NCBI GenBank assembly: GCA_021399395.1 | Contig: JAAFKJ010000070.1 | Location: 1 to 34,207, forward strand | Source: Candidatus Heimdallarchaeota archaeon | Lineage (GTDB): Archaea; Asgardarchaeota; Heimdallarchaeia; Heimdallarchaeales; Heimdallarchaeaceae | Reading direction: 5' to 3' | Length of the DNA: 34,207 nt | Part shown: in pieces, positions 15,479 through 23,990 of the stretch | How positions within the stretch are numbered: the stretch's first letter is position 1 | How the letters are laid out: each line of letters opens with the position of its first letter | Translations under genes and position numbers: made by a program | Notes under the pieces: model-generated | Seen by the model: the letters and a program-made list of their open reading frames with translations, nothing else | What the model was told of the DNA's origin: nothing | The model's database searches: none

Positions 15479-16492
15479 ATGAATATTGAGGATTTGGGAT
15501 ATTTTGCTTTTCTTGTAATTATCTTATTCATAGCTATTCCAATTAGTAGAGCTAGAAAGAAGAAGAAAAAAGAACGTTCACGACAGAGATATTATTCTAC
15601 CTATAATCCTCAGGCAGCTCATAGAGATTACAATGCTCAAGCAGGTCGTTCTCAATTTTATAGCGCTCCTGCGTATCAGGCAGGACAGCAACCAAATCAA
15701 CAACACATACAGCGCACAATGACTCCCAGAAGTACTTTTGACATGGAAAACATACTAAAAGATCTTAGATTAACAAATGCTCCTGTGATTCAACGAGCAA
15801 TGAATGGTTTCCAAGTAGAAACAGCTGAAGATCATCGATACACTTTATTCTCGGAAATAAAAGTAATCGAACAACAGAATAATTTTCTGAAAATTTATGG
15901 AACCTTACGTAAAATAATCCCTTCAAGTTTAGAAATGCGAAGGAGAAGTTCGATGGTAGTTCAATCACCAAACGAAATACAAATACCTCAATTAGATAAT
16001 TTCTATTCTATTTCCTCAGAACATCAAGATTTGTGGTTTGAAATCTTACATGACCATGGATTAATCCATCGAATTGAGAATCTAAAAGACCATCTAGAAT
16101 TTTTGTATATTAACGAGGACCATATGGAAGCAATTGTGGATAAAGATTTTGCAGTGAGACCTGTGTTAGATTTAACAGTATCATTACATTCCAGCTTAAG
16201 GGGAATAGCTGGAGATTCCTCAAGCTATCAAGTTGAAGAACTAAGATGCTACAACTGTGATGATCCGTTTGACCCACTAGAAGAAGAATGTGATAAATGT
16301 GGAGCTCAAAGACCTAGATGTATGATATGTTATCTTGATCTCAAACCATCTGACAAACAAGAAGTTGTTAAACATCCTTGTTGTCAAATTTACTCTCATA
16401 AAGAGCATATTCTTGTATGGTTGAAGAAGAACAAAAAATGTCCAAATTGCCATACAGATTTAAGCCACTGGGCGAAGAAACTAATGCTTTGA
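15479..16492 (+). CDS. Single-TM protein with Q-rich linker, zinc ribbon and RING finger (putative E3 ligase), paralog of the upstream gene
   Basis: N-terminal signal anchor followed by RKKKKK, then CYNC...CDKC and CMIC-x16-CC-x4-H-x2-H-x3-W-x6-CPNC. 43/69 aa identical to the upstream gene over the zinc module (manual count). Confidence 0.82.
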   Translation: MNIEDLGYFAFLVIILFIAIPISRARKKKKKERSRQRYYSTYNPQAAHRDYNAQAGRSQFYSAPAYQAGQQPNQQHIQRTMTPRSTFDMENILKDLRLTNAPVIQRAMNGFQVETAEDHRYTLFSEIKVIEQQNNFLKIYGTLRKIIPSSLEMRRRSSMVVQSPNEIQIPQLDNFYSISSEHQDLWFEILHDHGLIHRIENLKDHLEFLYINEDHMEAIVDKDFAVRPVLDLTVSLHSSLRGIAGDSSSYQVEELRCYNCDDPFDPLEEECDKCGAQRPRCMICYLDLKPSDKQEVVKHPCCQIYSHKEHILVWLKKNKKCPNCHTDLSHWAKKLML

Positions 16493-16590
16493 GGATTACT
16501 GATTTAATTTCAGATAGAATACATTCTTCGTTTATTTTTTGAATATGTTTAAATTCAATATACTCAAATTATTCTTAATAAAGTGATTTT

Positions 16591-16992
16591 ATGGGTAAGA
16601 AAAAAAAAGAACTAAAGAAAAAGGCAAGAAAAAGTTTGGATTTAATAGGTAGAACAAGACTATATTTCTTTAGAGGACATAACTCTTGGCTTTATCTTCC
16701 AATATGGTTTGTGAATATTCTAATTGTTTTCTACAAACTCCTTCTGGAAGATTTGTACTTCCTCCCAGAATGGGTGTCATTTTGGAATTTTGCTATAATC
16801 TTCTCTGTAATTTATTTCCCTCTCGCAGTTTTAGTAGGACGGCTTGATTACTATAGGGGTACTTACAAAGGGGAAGCTGAAGTGGGTATGGCAGTAAATC
16901 CAATCTGGATAAGGCAATTCAAAGAACTGGAAGGATTGAAAACTGAATTAGCTGAAATAAAGGAATTGCTAGCAAAAAGTGGTAAAGATTAG
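16591..16992 (+). CDS. Hypothetical 2-TM membrane protein with C-terminal coiled coil
   Basis: Basic N-terminus, YFFRGHNSWLY, two TMs and a heptad-like C-terminus (FKELEGLKTELAEIKELL). Confidence 0.7.
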   Translation: MGKKKKELKKKARKSLDLIGRTRLYFFRGHNSWLYLPIWFVNILIVFYKLLLEDLYFLPEWVSFWNFAIIFSVIYFPLAVLVGRLDYYRGTYKGEAEVGMAVNPIWIRQFKELEGLKTELAEIKELLAKSGKD

Positions 16993-16994
16993 CT

Positions 16995-17336
16995 TTAGAG
17001 ATAAGGTATGACGCAGAGGAAGATGAAAGGTTCATCACCAATGTTAGTATATCCGTGAGGTTCTTCAGGAGGAACGTAAAGTACATCATCTTTACTCATA
17101 ACAACTTTCTCAAAATGCGTAAATACTTCTCCTTTACCACCCAAACAGTAGATTTCATGTTCTTGAGGATGATTATGTATACCAATTTGCCCTCCTGGTT
17201 GAATTTCAAAACGTCTGAGTGCAAACCTAGGCGCGCCTTCATTCTCCTTAGTTATCAACCATCGAATAGTTGTTTCTGTAGAACTATAATCTGTTACTGA
17301 TTGTTCTTCTGCATCTGAATAATGTTTTAATTTCAT
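16995..17336 (-). CDS. Cupin-domain protein
   Basis: Metal-binding motifs HNHPQEHE and VPPEEPHGY. Confidence 0.9.
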   Translation of the reverse strand: MKLKHYSDAEEQSVTDYSSTETTIRWLITKENEGAPRFALRRFEIQPGGQIGIHNHPQEHEIYCLGGKGEVFTHFEKVVMSKDDVLYVPPEEPHGYTNIGDEPFIFLCVIPYL

Positions 17337-17472
17337 GAGTTACACCTAATGAAAAAAAGTGTGAGAATTAAGTTTAAAAAACTAGCGCTTGACATTTTTG
17401 AAGACATAGTTAAACGAAAATGCTTATTTATTTCTCAACTTATCTACTCGTAGAAAGAATGGAGCAACTTAC

Positions 17473-18267
17473 ATGAGCGAAGGATTTTGTCCAGACCAAT
17501 CTCCCGAATATTACGAAGAATTTTTACGTGAAATTGAACATACAAAAGATTTAAGAAAGAAAATCTATGAAAAAATAGGTTTGAAGAATGCAAGAAGAAT
17601 TCTAGAAGTAGGATGTCGTCAAGGAGTTATAAGTCAAGAACTTCGGGATGCTTCAGATGCACAAATAACAGCTATAGATTCAGATTACATGAACATTGCA
17701 GATAATTCCGAAAGAATCAAGGGCATAGAGTTTTACAGAGAACCAGCTGAAAAACTTTCTATGAGAGATGAATCTTTTGATATCGTAATATGTCATTACT
17801 TCTTCTTATGGAAACCAAAACCCTTCGGGTCACTTATGGAACTTAAGAGAGTATGTAAAAAAGGTGGTTACATAGTTGCCCTTGCAGAGCCAGATTATTT
17901 GGCGTGGATAGAAAATCCAGATTTAGGACTAGGTAAATACCATATAGAAACTCTTCAGAGTCAAGGTGGTAATCCAGGTGTTGGTCGAAGCTTACTTTCG
18001 GTTTTCTCCTCTGGTGGTCTAGAAACAGAGATTTTTGTGAATGCTCGTATATGGCCACAAAGTGAGCTTGAGGGGTGTTATGAAAAAGAATGGACCAATA
18101 TCTATGATCAAGGATTAATTTCTGAAGAAGAATATAAGCAGAAGATTGCTGAAGAAAAACAGATTATAGAAAATAAACTTAGAATTATCGCCTTACCAAT
18201 TTTCTCTGCTGTAGGAAAGAAAGTTACTTTATTAGAAGAAACTATTGATCCATTCGATGACTACTAG
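17473..18267 (+). CDS. Class I SAM-dependent methyltransferase
   Basis: ILEVGCRQG (atypical motif I), SFDIVIC, RVCKKGG, EPDY. Confidence 0.85.
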   Translation: MSEGFCPDQSPEYYEEFLREIEHTKDLRKKIYEKIGLKNARRILEVGCRQGVISQELRDASDAQITAIDSDYMNIADNSERIKGIEFYREPAEKLSMRDESFDIVICHYFFLWKPKPFGSLMELKRVCKKGGYIVALAEPDYLAWIENPDLGLGKYHIETLQSQGGNPGVGRSLLSVFSSGGLETEIFVNARIWPQSELEGCYEKEWTNIYDQGLISEEEYKQKIAEEKQIIENKLRIIALPIFSAVGKKVTLLEETIDPFDDY

Positions 18268-19058
18268 ACAATTTTGTCAATGATCACAACAAGATCATTG
18301 CTCTTTTCTTCATCAAATTCATTCCAATAATAATCACCTAAAAATGTGACTTCTAGCTTTTCATTTATTTGATATTTCTTAAAATCATCTTTACGAAGAA
18401 CAAAGAATTCAGTTTTCTTCTTACCTAGTTTGAAATCCTCTGAATCTTTTGATGCTTGCAGTATATTATGAACATACATAGTTACTTTTTGATTCCTTTC
18501 CTTCCATTCCATCATTCGTATGTGGAAGTTTAATGAACCATTACTAGAACGTTTCAAATTGGGATTATAATACCACACATCATCGTTAGAATGTGACAAA
18601 TAATTTACTACTTGTAGAAGTATTTTTCCACCAGGATTCAAGGCGTTGATTAGTTGCTGAATTATGATATTCCTTTCTTCAGCACTAAAAATGGAAAGGG
18701 TATTTCCAATGCAATAGACGAAATCGAATCTCTCTCCTTCTACTGCTTTTTCAATTTCTAGGATGTCACCTAAGATAAATTTAGCTCTTTCTTGAACGGA
18801 ACTTTCTTTAGCAAGCTTTACAGCTTCATCAACATTTTGCTCAGAGATATCTACTCCGATCCCACTAAAACCCCATTTACTTAACATTACTAGGTGAAAA
18901 CCAGTTCCGCAAGAAACATCTAAAATTCTAGCATTTTCTTTACTCATATCCTCTAGTATCTTTTTGAAAAATGGAGCTTCTTTCTTCAACCTGTCACCCC
19001 ATTTTACTAAGTCTTTATACAGAATTTCATCTTTCCATTCTATTTCCATCTTAAACAC
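18264..19058 (-). CDS. Class I SAM-dependent methyltransferase (glycine/sarcosine N-methyltransferase-like)
   Basis: ILDVSCGTG.H, GVDIS, FDFVYCIGNT, LNPGG. Start is GTG 19058 or ATG 19049. Confidence 0.85.
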   Translation of the reverse strand: MFKMEIEWKDEILYKDLVKWGDRLKKEAPFFKKILEDMSKENARILDVSCGTGFHLVMLSKWGFSGIGVDISEQNVDEAVKLAKESSVQERAKFILGDILEIEKAVEGERFDFVYCIGNTLSIFSAEERNIIIQQLINALNPGGKILLQVVNYLSHSNDDVWYYNPNLKRSSNGSLNFHIRMMEWKERNQKVTMYVHNILQASKDSEDFKLGKKKTEFFVLRKDDFKKYQINEKLEVTFLGDYYWNEFDEEKSNDLVVIIDKIV

Positions 19059-19106
19059 TCTCTATGAAAATACATATTCTTAATACTATTTGTTAATCAA
19101 AACTTA

Positions 19107-20048
19107 CTAATCTATGAATTCCCAGATCTTCCAATACTTTTCCAGAGTATCAACAGCTACTTTTACACCATGAAATTTCAAAACTTTTTGACGATCAATT
19201 TTTCTTGAGCTGTAAAATGTATTTAACAATGAACCATTGATTAATTCAGGATCTGGATTAATATAGTGTATAACGTCTTGCATCTCTGGAAAGTCTATAT
19301 AATCTGTCTCATAATAACTTGCAGCTAGTGTTTCACATAATAGAGACTCAATGGAAATTACATTGTATGTTTTACCAGTCTTAGGATTTGCGTGATCCAA
19401 TACAAAATCGCAGAAATTTAATGTTTCAAACATCTTCTCTCTGGGTACAGGTTCATTTAGATAGTGTATGTTGGTTGATTCATTTTTAGTAAGGTCATCT
19501 ATAGCTTTTTGTAAAATATCTGACCCTTTAATATGCGGGGAGTGGGCAAAATGTCCTACTATAAAATCGATACCATTTTCATCCTTGAACTTCTGTTTAT
19601 TTTCCTTGATTTCTTCTGAAGGAAAGAACTTACTCTCATCAACAATTCTGGGTAGAAAAATAGAAATTTGGTTATAATCCTGAAGCTCTTTTAATGATAC
19701 AAATGATGGGAACTTTGGTTTAACTGTCCCAAGTCTAAGATCGGAACCGTGATAGGAATAGCAAGTATTTCTTGTTCTAACACATTTAGGATAAGTTCCA
19801 TTGACAATCTGGATATCTGCTTTCTTAAATAATCTGCCTAATGTCATCCAAAAACCTGTATACATATAATTCCAGATTAGAGGACCTTGAACTGATCCAA
19901 GTTTATGATATTTGGCAGGTAAATCTGTAAACTTATTATGTTGAAAGAAATATTCAAGTTTATACCCTCGTTTTTCCAATTCCTTTCCAATTAGAAAACT
20001 CTGACTTGCATAATCCCCAACAATTGAAATCTTCAAATGATATCCCAA
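19107..20048 (-). CDS. Divergent GT-B (GT4-like) glycosyltransferase
   Basis: YHGSDLR, KGSDIL.KA, CDFVLD...SIESL. TTG start. Confidence 0.6.
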   Translation of the reverse strand: MGYHLKISIVGDYASQSFLIGKELEKRGYKLEYFFQHNKFTDLPAKYHKLGSVQGPLIWNYMYTGFWMTLGRLFKKADIQIVNGTYPKCVRTRNTCYSYHGSDLRLGTVKPKFPSFVSLKELQDYNQISIFLPRIVDESKFFPSEEIKENKQKFKDENGIDFIVGHFAHSPHIKGSDILQKAIDDLTKNESTNIHYLNEPVPREKMFETLNFCDFVLDHANPKTGKTYNVISIESLLCETLAASYYETDYIDFPEMQDVIHYINPDPELINGSLLNTFYSSRKIDRQKVLKFHGVKVAVDTLEKYWKIWEFID

Positions 20049-20144
20049 TCAGAATACTCTATACAACTATTAAAAGTTTAGTCCTTAAATAGTTCAATAG
20101 TAAAAAATAAATTCTCCTACTCTACAACCTACTTGGTTGTATAG

Positions 20145-20519
20145 ATGGATGATTTTGAGGAATTTAAAAACAAACGTAAAGAAATGAATGAAAAAATATT
20201 CAACTTACAAAACAAGCAAGTTAACAGATTTTTTGCCTTAGATACAGGAGTATATCAAGAAGGAGCACTATCAGTGAAATTCAAAGAATTGTTAGGATTA
20301 TCAACCTCTCTAGTTTTGAGATGTGAAGATTGTGTAAGATACCATATTTTAAGAGCAGTACAAGAGGGATGCACAGATGACGAAATTGCTGAAACATTGG
20401 CAGTATCATTGATTGTTGGTGGTTCAATAGTAATCCCTGAAATGAGAAGAGCAGTGGATGCCTTATATCAACTAAGAGAAAAACAACATAAGGGAGAATC
20501 TTTAGAAAACCTGCTCTAG
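20145..20519 (+). CDS. Carboxymuconolactone decarboxylase/AhpD-family protein
   Basis: GALSVKFKELLGL..SLVLRCEDCVRYH...VGGSIVIP. Confidence 0.9.
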   Translation: MDDFEEFKNKRKEMNEKIFNLQNKQVNRFFALDTGVYQEGALSVKFKELLGLSTSLVLRCEDCVRYHILRAVQEGCTDDEIAETLAVSLIVGGSIVIPEMRRAVDALYQLREKQHKGESLENLL

Positions 20520-20527
20520 TTTCAGTT

Positions 20528-21052
20528 TCATAATTGATATGTCTTGAGTTTATCCATTTCCTCGTTTAGAAGACTCTTAGCCTCTGTAAGAGCACTATTG
20601 ATTTTCAAAGCATTCTTATAACAATCTACAGCTTCTGAACCTGTATGAATCTTCCCTAATTCTAACCAATCCTTTGAGGTTTGTGGGAGTTTATTCTCAA
20701 TTACATAAGCAAGACTCTCACAAGGTGTTCCAAAATCAACAAATACCATGTCTTGTTCAATGAAATCCACTGATCCTGGTGGAACAATTGTAGTGAAAAA
20801 CTCTTCACAATACTTCGGATTTTGATATTTTCTCGATACAAGCCATATCCATCTTGGTGGATCTAAGTAAGTAAGTAAGACATGAGACTTATGTTCGATT
20901 TTTGTCTTACACTTTGGGCAGTAAGAAAAGTTAATCTTCCCCTCAATTATATCATTAACAGCTTTAGGATTTTCAGATAAATTTATGGCTTCCCCAACTC
21001 TCTTTTTCAGTATAGTCCCACATTTTAAGCATTCTATCTCTTTTAACGGCAT
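20528..21052 (-). CDS. CpXC-domain zinc-binding protein with C-terminal TPR
   Basis: CLKCG...INLSENP...IIEG.IN...CPKC, then the TPR WLELGK...EAVDCYKNALKIN. Confidence 0.75.
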   Translation of the reverse strand: MPLKEIECLKCGTILKKRVGEAINLSENPKAVNDIIEGKINFSYCPKCKTKIEHKSHVLLTYLDPPRWIWLVSRKYQNPKYCEEFFTTIVPPGSVDFIEQDMVFVDFGTPCESLAYVIENKLPQTSKDWLELGKIHTGSEAVDCYKNALKINSALTEAKSLLNEEMDKLKTYQL

Positions 21053-21134
21053 TTCGAACCCCCTTCTACTATGCTATTACTAGTAATTACATTGGTGGAC
21101 ATCATTTATATAATTTACCATTCAAAATCACAAA

Positions 21135-21626
21135 GTGACCGACACAAACCCCAATATTGTGCTTCTGCAAGTTTCTGTAGTGGTAGCTTTAATTGGCTTT
21201 CTGGATGCTCTTTACCTATACTATATGGAGTTAACACAAAATTTCAAGTGCTTAATAAATACAGGAGTCTTTCAGTGTGAAACAGTAAATCAAAGTGTAT
21301 ATGCAAAAATACTAGGAATCCCAGTGAGTTTGTTAGGGTGTTTGTTTTATTTGGCTTTCATTGCATTTTTATTTTTAGCAATTTATACTGATAATCAATA
21401 CTGGCTAGGTTTCTTTCTACCTGCAGCTTCCATTGTGGGATTTCTTTTCTCAATTTACCTAACTGTTATTGAGATTTTTGTAATAAAACTCTTCTGCGAG
21501 TTTTGTGTGCTATCCGCAATATGTTCAGTCGTTTTAATTGTGTTGATATTTGTTGCTAAATCGAAGAATTTTCCAAGCTTATTCGCTAAACTCGATTTCT
21601 GGAACATGTTCAAAAAAGAAACTTAG
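21135..21626 (+). CDS. Vitamin K epoxide reductase (VKOR) family protein
   Basis: Loop Cys pair (CLINTGVFQC), conserved Ser in SVYAKILGIPVS.LG, active-site CEFC, four TMs. Confidence 0.92.
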   Translation: MTDTNPNIVLLQVSVVVALIGFLDALYLYYMELTQNFKCLINTGVFQCETVNQSVYAKILGIPVSLLGCLFYLAFIAFLFLAIYTDNQYWLGFFLPAASIVGFLFSIYLTVIEIFVIKLFCEFCVLSAICSVVLIVLIFVAKSKNFPSLFAKLDFWNMFKKET

Positions 21627-21641
21627 AGTAAAAATGTCAGT

Positions 21642-21655
21642 CACTTATATAAGTG
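21642..21655. promoter_or_regulatory. Perfect 14-bp palindrome CACTTATATAAGTG overlapping the TATA box of the surface-protein gene
   Basis: Read directly from the sequence, about 40 nt upstream of ATG 21695. Confidence 0.5.
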
Positions 21656-21694
21656 GTTAAACAATAGAACATTATACCTAGGTGGTTTAGTTAA

Positions 21695-23929
21695 ATGAAA
21701 AAATATTTGGTTTCAATAATTGTTGTCCTCTTCTTAACAGCAAATTTAACAAAGACTTCTACAAACATTCAATCTGGAGCAATATCTGAAAATAATCAAA
21801 AAATTAGTCCATCTATTAAGAATCTGGTTACTTCAGAGTCGATTATGATATATTCTGATACTGACTTGGTAGAGTACAATTTTCCAGGAAATGGTACAGA
21901 AGATGATCCTTTTAGAATCGAAAATCTGTTAATTGAAGAAGAAAATTATGGAATCTACATTAATAGTCCTAAACATCACTTTGTGATTCAAAATTGTCAT
22001 ATTATAAACGCAATTTATGGTGGTATTGTTATTAAAAAAGCCGTTTCCGGTTATGCAAATGTCAGTAACAATATAATTGAAAACTGTACTACCACACATG
22101 CGATATTTTTACAAAGTTGTTCAGAAGTCAATATTGAAAATAACATCTGTATAGGAAATGCTGTGGGTATTGATATGGAGCATTCATATAATTCTACAAT
22201 TGTCAATAATTTATGTCAAAACAACGTCTATATTGGAATTTATGTAGAAAGCTATTCAGTAGGCAATATATTTGAAAATAATACACTTAGATCAAATGGC
22301 GACTATGGATTAGCTTTCTATCAATCCAAAGGTTCTTGTGTCTATAATAACAGTCTTGAAGACAATTTATTTGCTATAATAGAAGATACAATAGACGATT
22401 ATAGGGGTTTTGAGGTAGTTGGAAATGTTCTAGATGGAAAGAAGATAATGTATCTAACAGATACGATAAACCAGACAATTACTGATACAAACATTGGTAT
22501 TTTATTTTTGATTAACTGTTCTTTAATTTTGGTGGAGAATCTTCATATCGAAAATAATCTTGCAGGAATATTTTGCTTTGGCTCTAATAATTGCACGTTT
22601 CAAAATAATGTCTTCGTAAACAATTATCAAATGGGATTAAACATCCTTGATTCAAACTTTACATTAGTTTCTAATAACACTTTTACAAGCACAGTCGGAG
22701 GGTATGGATTTTCAGCAAGTTATACTTTCTATTTGACCATTAGAGATAATTCTTTCATCTCTTCAGGAGTGACTTTTGGTAGTATAAGTGACCTTGCACT
22801 TCCAACAATTGTTATTGAAAACAATACTGTAAATGGTAAGGAATTAGGCGTTTTCTATGAAGAGGATTCTGTCACTCTTTCTGAACCAGAATATGGTCAG
22901 TTTATATTTTTTAACTGCTCAGATGTTGTTTTGAGAAATCAAATAATTCAAGATACTCCCATTGCAATGACGATTATCAACTCTAGAAATTTCACTATGA
23001 CAAATTGTGAGATTACAGCAAGAGATATAGGTATTTCAATACAATATTGTCAGACTTTTTCCTTAGATCAGTGTATAGTAAGTGGGCATATCTACTCAGG
23101 GATACAATTCTTTAACTCGGACAATCTTAACATTTCTAATTCCATTATAGACTCAAATTTAGCTGCAGGGTTAGAATTTAGAGCTGCAGGTACGATTAAT
23201 ATCGATAATTGTGAAATTACTAACAATAGAAATGGTCTCCTATTCACAAATATAAATGATTTCTCGATCACTGGATCCTTGATAGCTAATAATTCTAGAA
23301 TGAATATATATTTTAACGTATTAGATAATGCATTCATTTCTGATGTAGATGTGTATAATGGGGATTTCGGAATATACATGAACCTAGTAGATGATTGTTT
23401 TATTCAAAATTGTAATATTTTAAATGTAAATATTGATGGGATATTTTTATTGGATTCTTATAGAGTAAATGTGATGTGGAGTAATATCAGTTTGAATTTT
23501 TATGGCATTAAAATACAAGGAACTACCTATAGCCAATTCCTATATAATTCATTTGTTGGGAATTCTGTTTATGCTATATCTCTGGACTTAGATTCAAGAC
23601 ACAATTTGATTCACCATAATGTCTTCAACCTTAATCAAGCAACAGATCCAACCGGTAGATTATCTCAATGTTGGGATGACGGTTATAACAACACGTTTTA
23701 CGATGTTGAAACATTTGAGGGTAACTGGTGGTCTAACATAGAAGGTTATTCTTACGCCATTGCGGGATATGCTTACTCAGTAGATATCTTTCCACTTAAT
23801 CCTGTTGAAGTAACAGATTCCATAGATAGAACAGATGAATCATCATTTTCCTTTCTGTTATCAACAATTACTCTAATAATACCAATAACTTCTAAATATT
23901 ACTTAAAGAAGAAAAGAAAGAACAAGTAA
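21695..23929 (+). CDS. Secreted right-handed beta-helix (NosD/CASH-like) surface protein with C-terminal anchor
   Basis: Signal peptide, FPGNGTEDDPFRIENL, many GI.l..s....I.NN repeats, WDDGY...GNWWS...D.FPL, and a hydrophobic plus KKKRK tail. Confidence 0.88.
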   Translation: MKKYLVSIIVVLFLTANLTKTSTNIQSGAISENNQKISPSIKNLVTSESIMIYSDTDLVEYNFPGNGTEDDPFRIENLLIEEENYGIYINSPKHHFVIQNCHIINAIYGGIVIKKAVSGYANVSNNIIENCTTTHAIFLQSCSEVNIENNICIGNAVGIDMEHSYNSTIVNNLCQNNVYIGIYVESYSVGNIFENNTLRSNGDYGLAFYQSKGSCVYNNSLEDNLFAIIEDTIDDYRGFEVVGNVLDGKKIMYLTDTINQTITDTNIGILFLINCSLILVENLHIENNLAGIFCFGSNNCTFQNNVFVNNYQMGLNILDSNFTLVSNNTFTSTVGGYGFSASYTFYLTIRDNSFISSGVTFGSISDLALPTIVIENNTVNGKELGVFYEEDSVTLSEPEYGQFIFFNCSDVVLRNQIIQDTPIAMTIINSRNFTMTNCEITARDIGISIQYCQTFSLDQCIVSGHIYSGIQFFNSDNLNISNSIIDSNLAAGLEFRAAGTINIDNCEITNNRNGLLFTNINDFSITGSLIANNSRMNIYFNVLDNAFISDVDVYNGDFGIYMNLVDDCFIQNCNILNVNIDGIFLLDSYRVNVMWSNISLNFYGIKIQGTTYSQFLYNSFVGNSVYAISLDLDSRHNLIHHNVFNLNQATDPTGRLSQCWDDGYNNTFYDVETFEGNWWSNIEGYSYAIAGYAYSVDIFPLNPVEVTDSIDRTDESSFSFLLSTITLIIPITSKYYLKKKRKNK

Positions 23930-23935
23930 CTGCAA

Positions 23936-23951
23936 TTCTTTCTTCTTTTTT
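23936..23951 (+). terminator. Oligo-T archaeal-type terminator
   Basis: TTCTTTCTTCTTTTTT just after the stop at 23929. Confidence 0.45.
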
Positions 23952-23990
23952 CAAACACATTTAAAAAATGTAGATATCTAATTTATCTAG

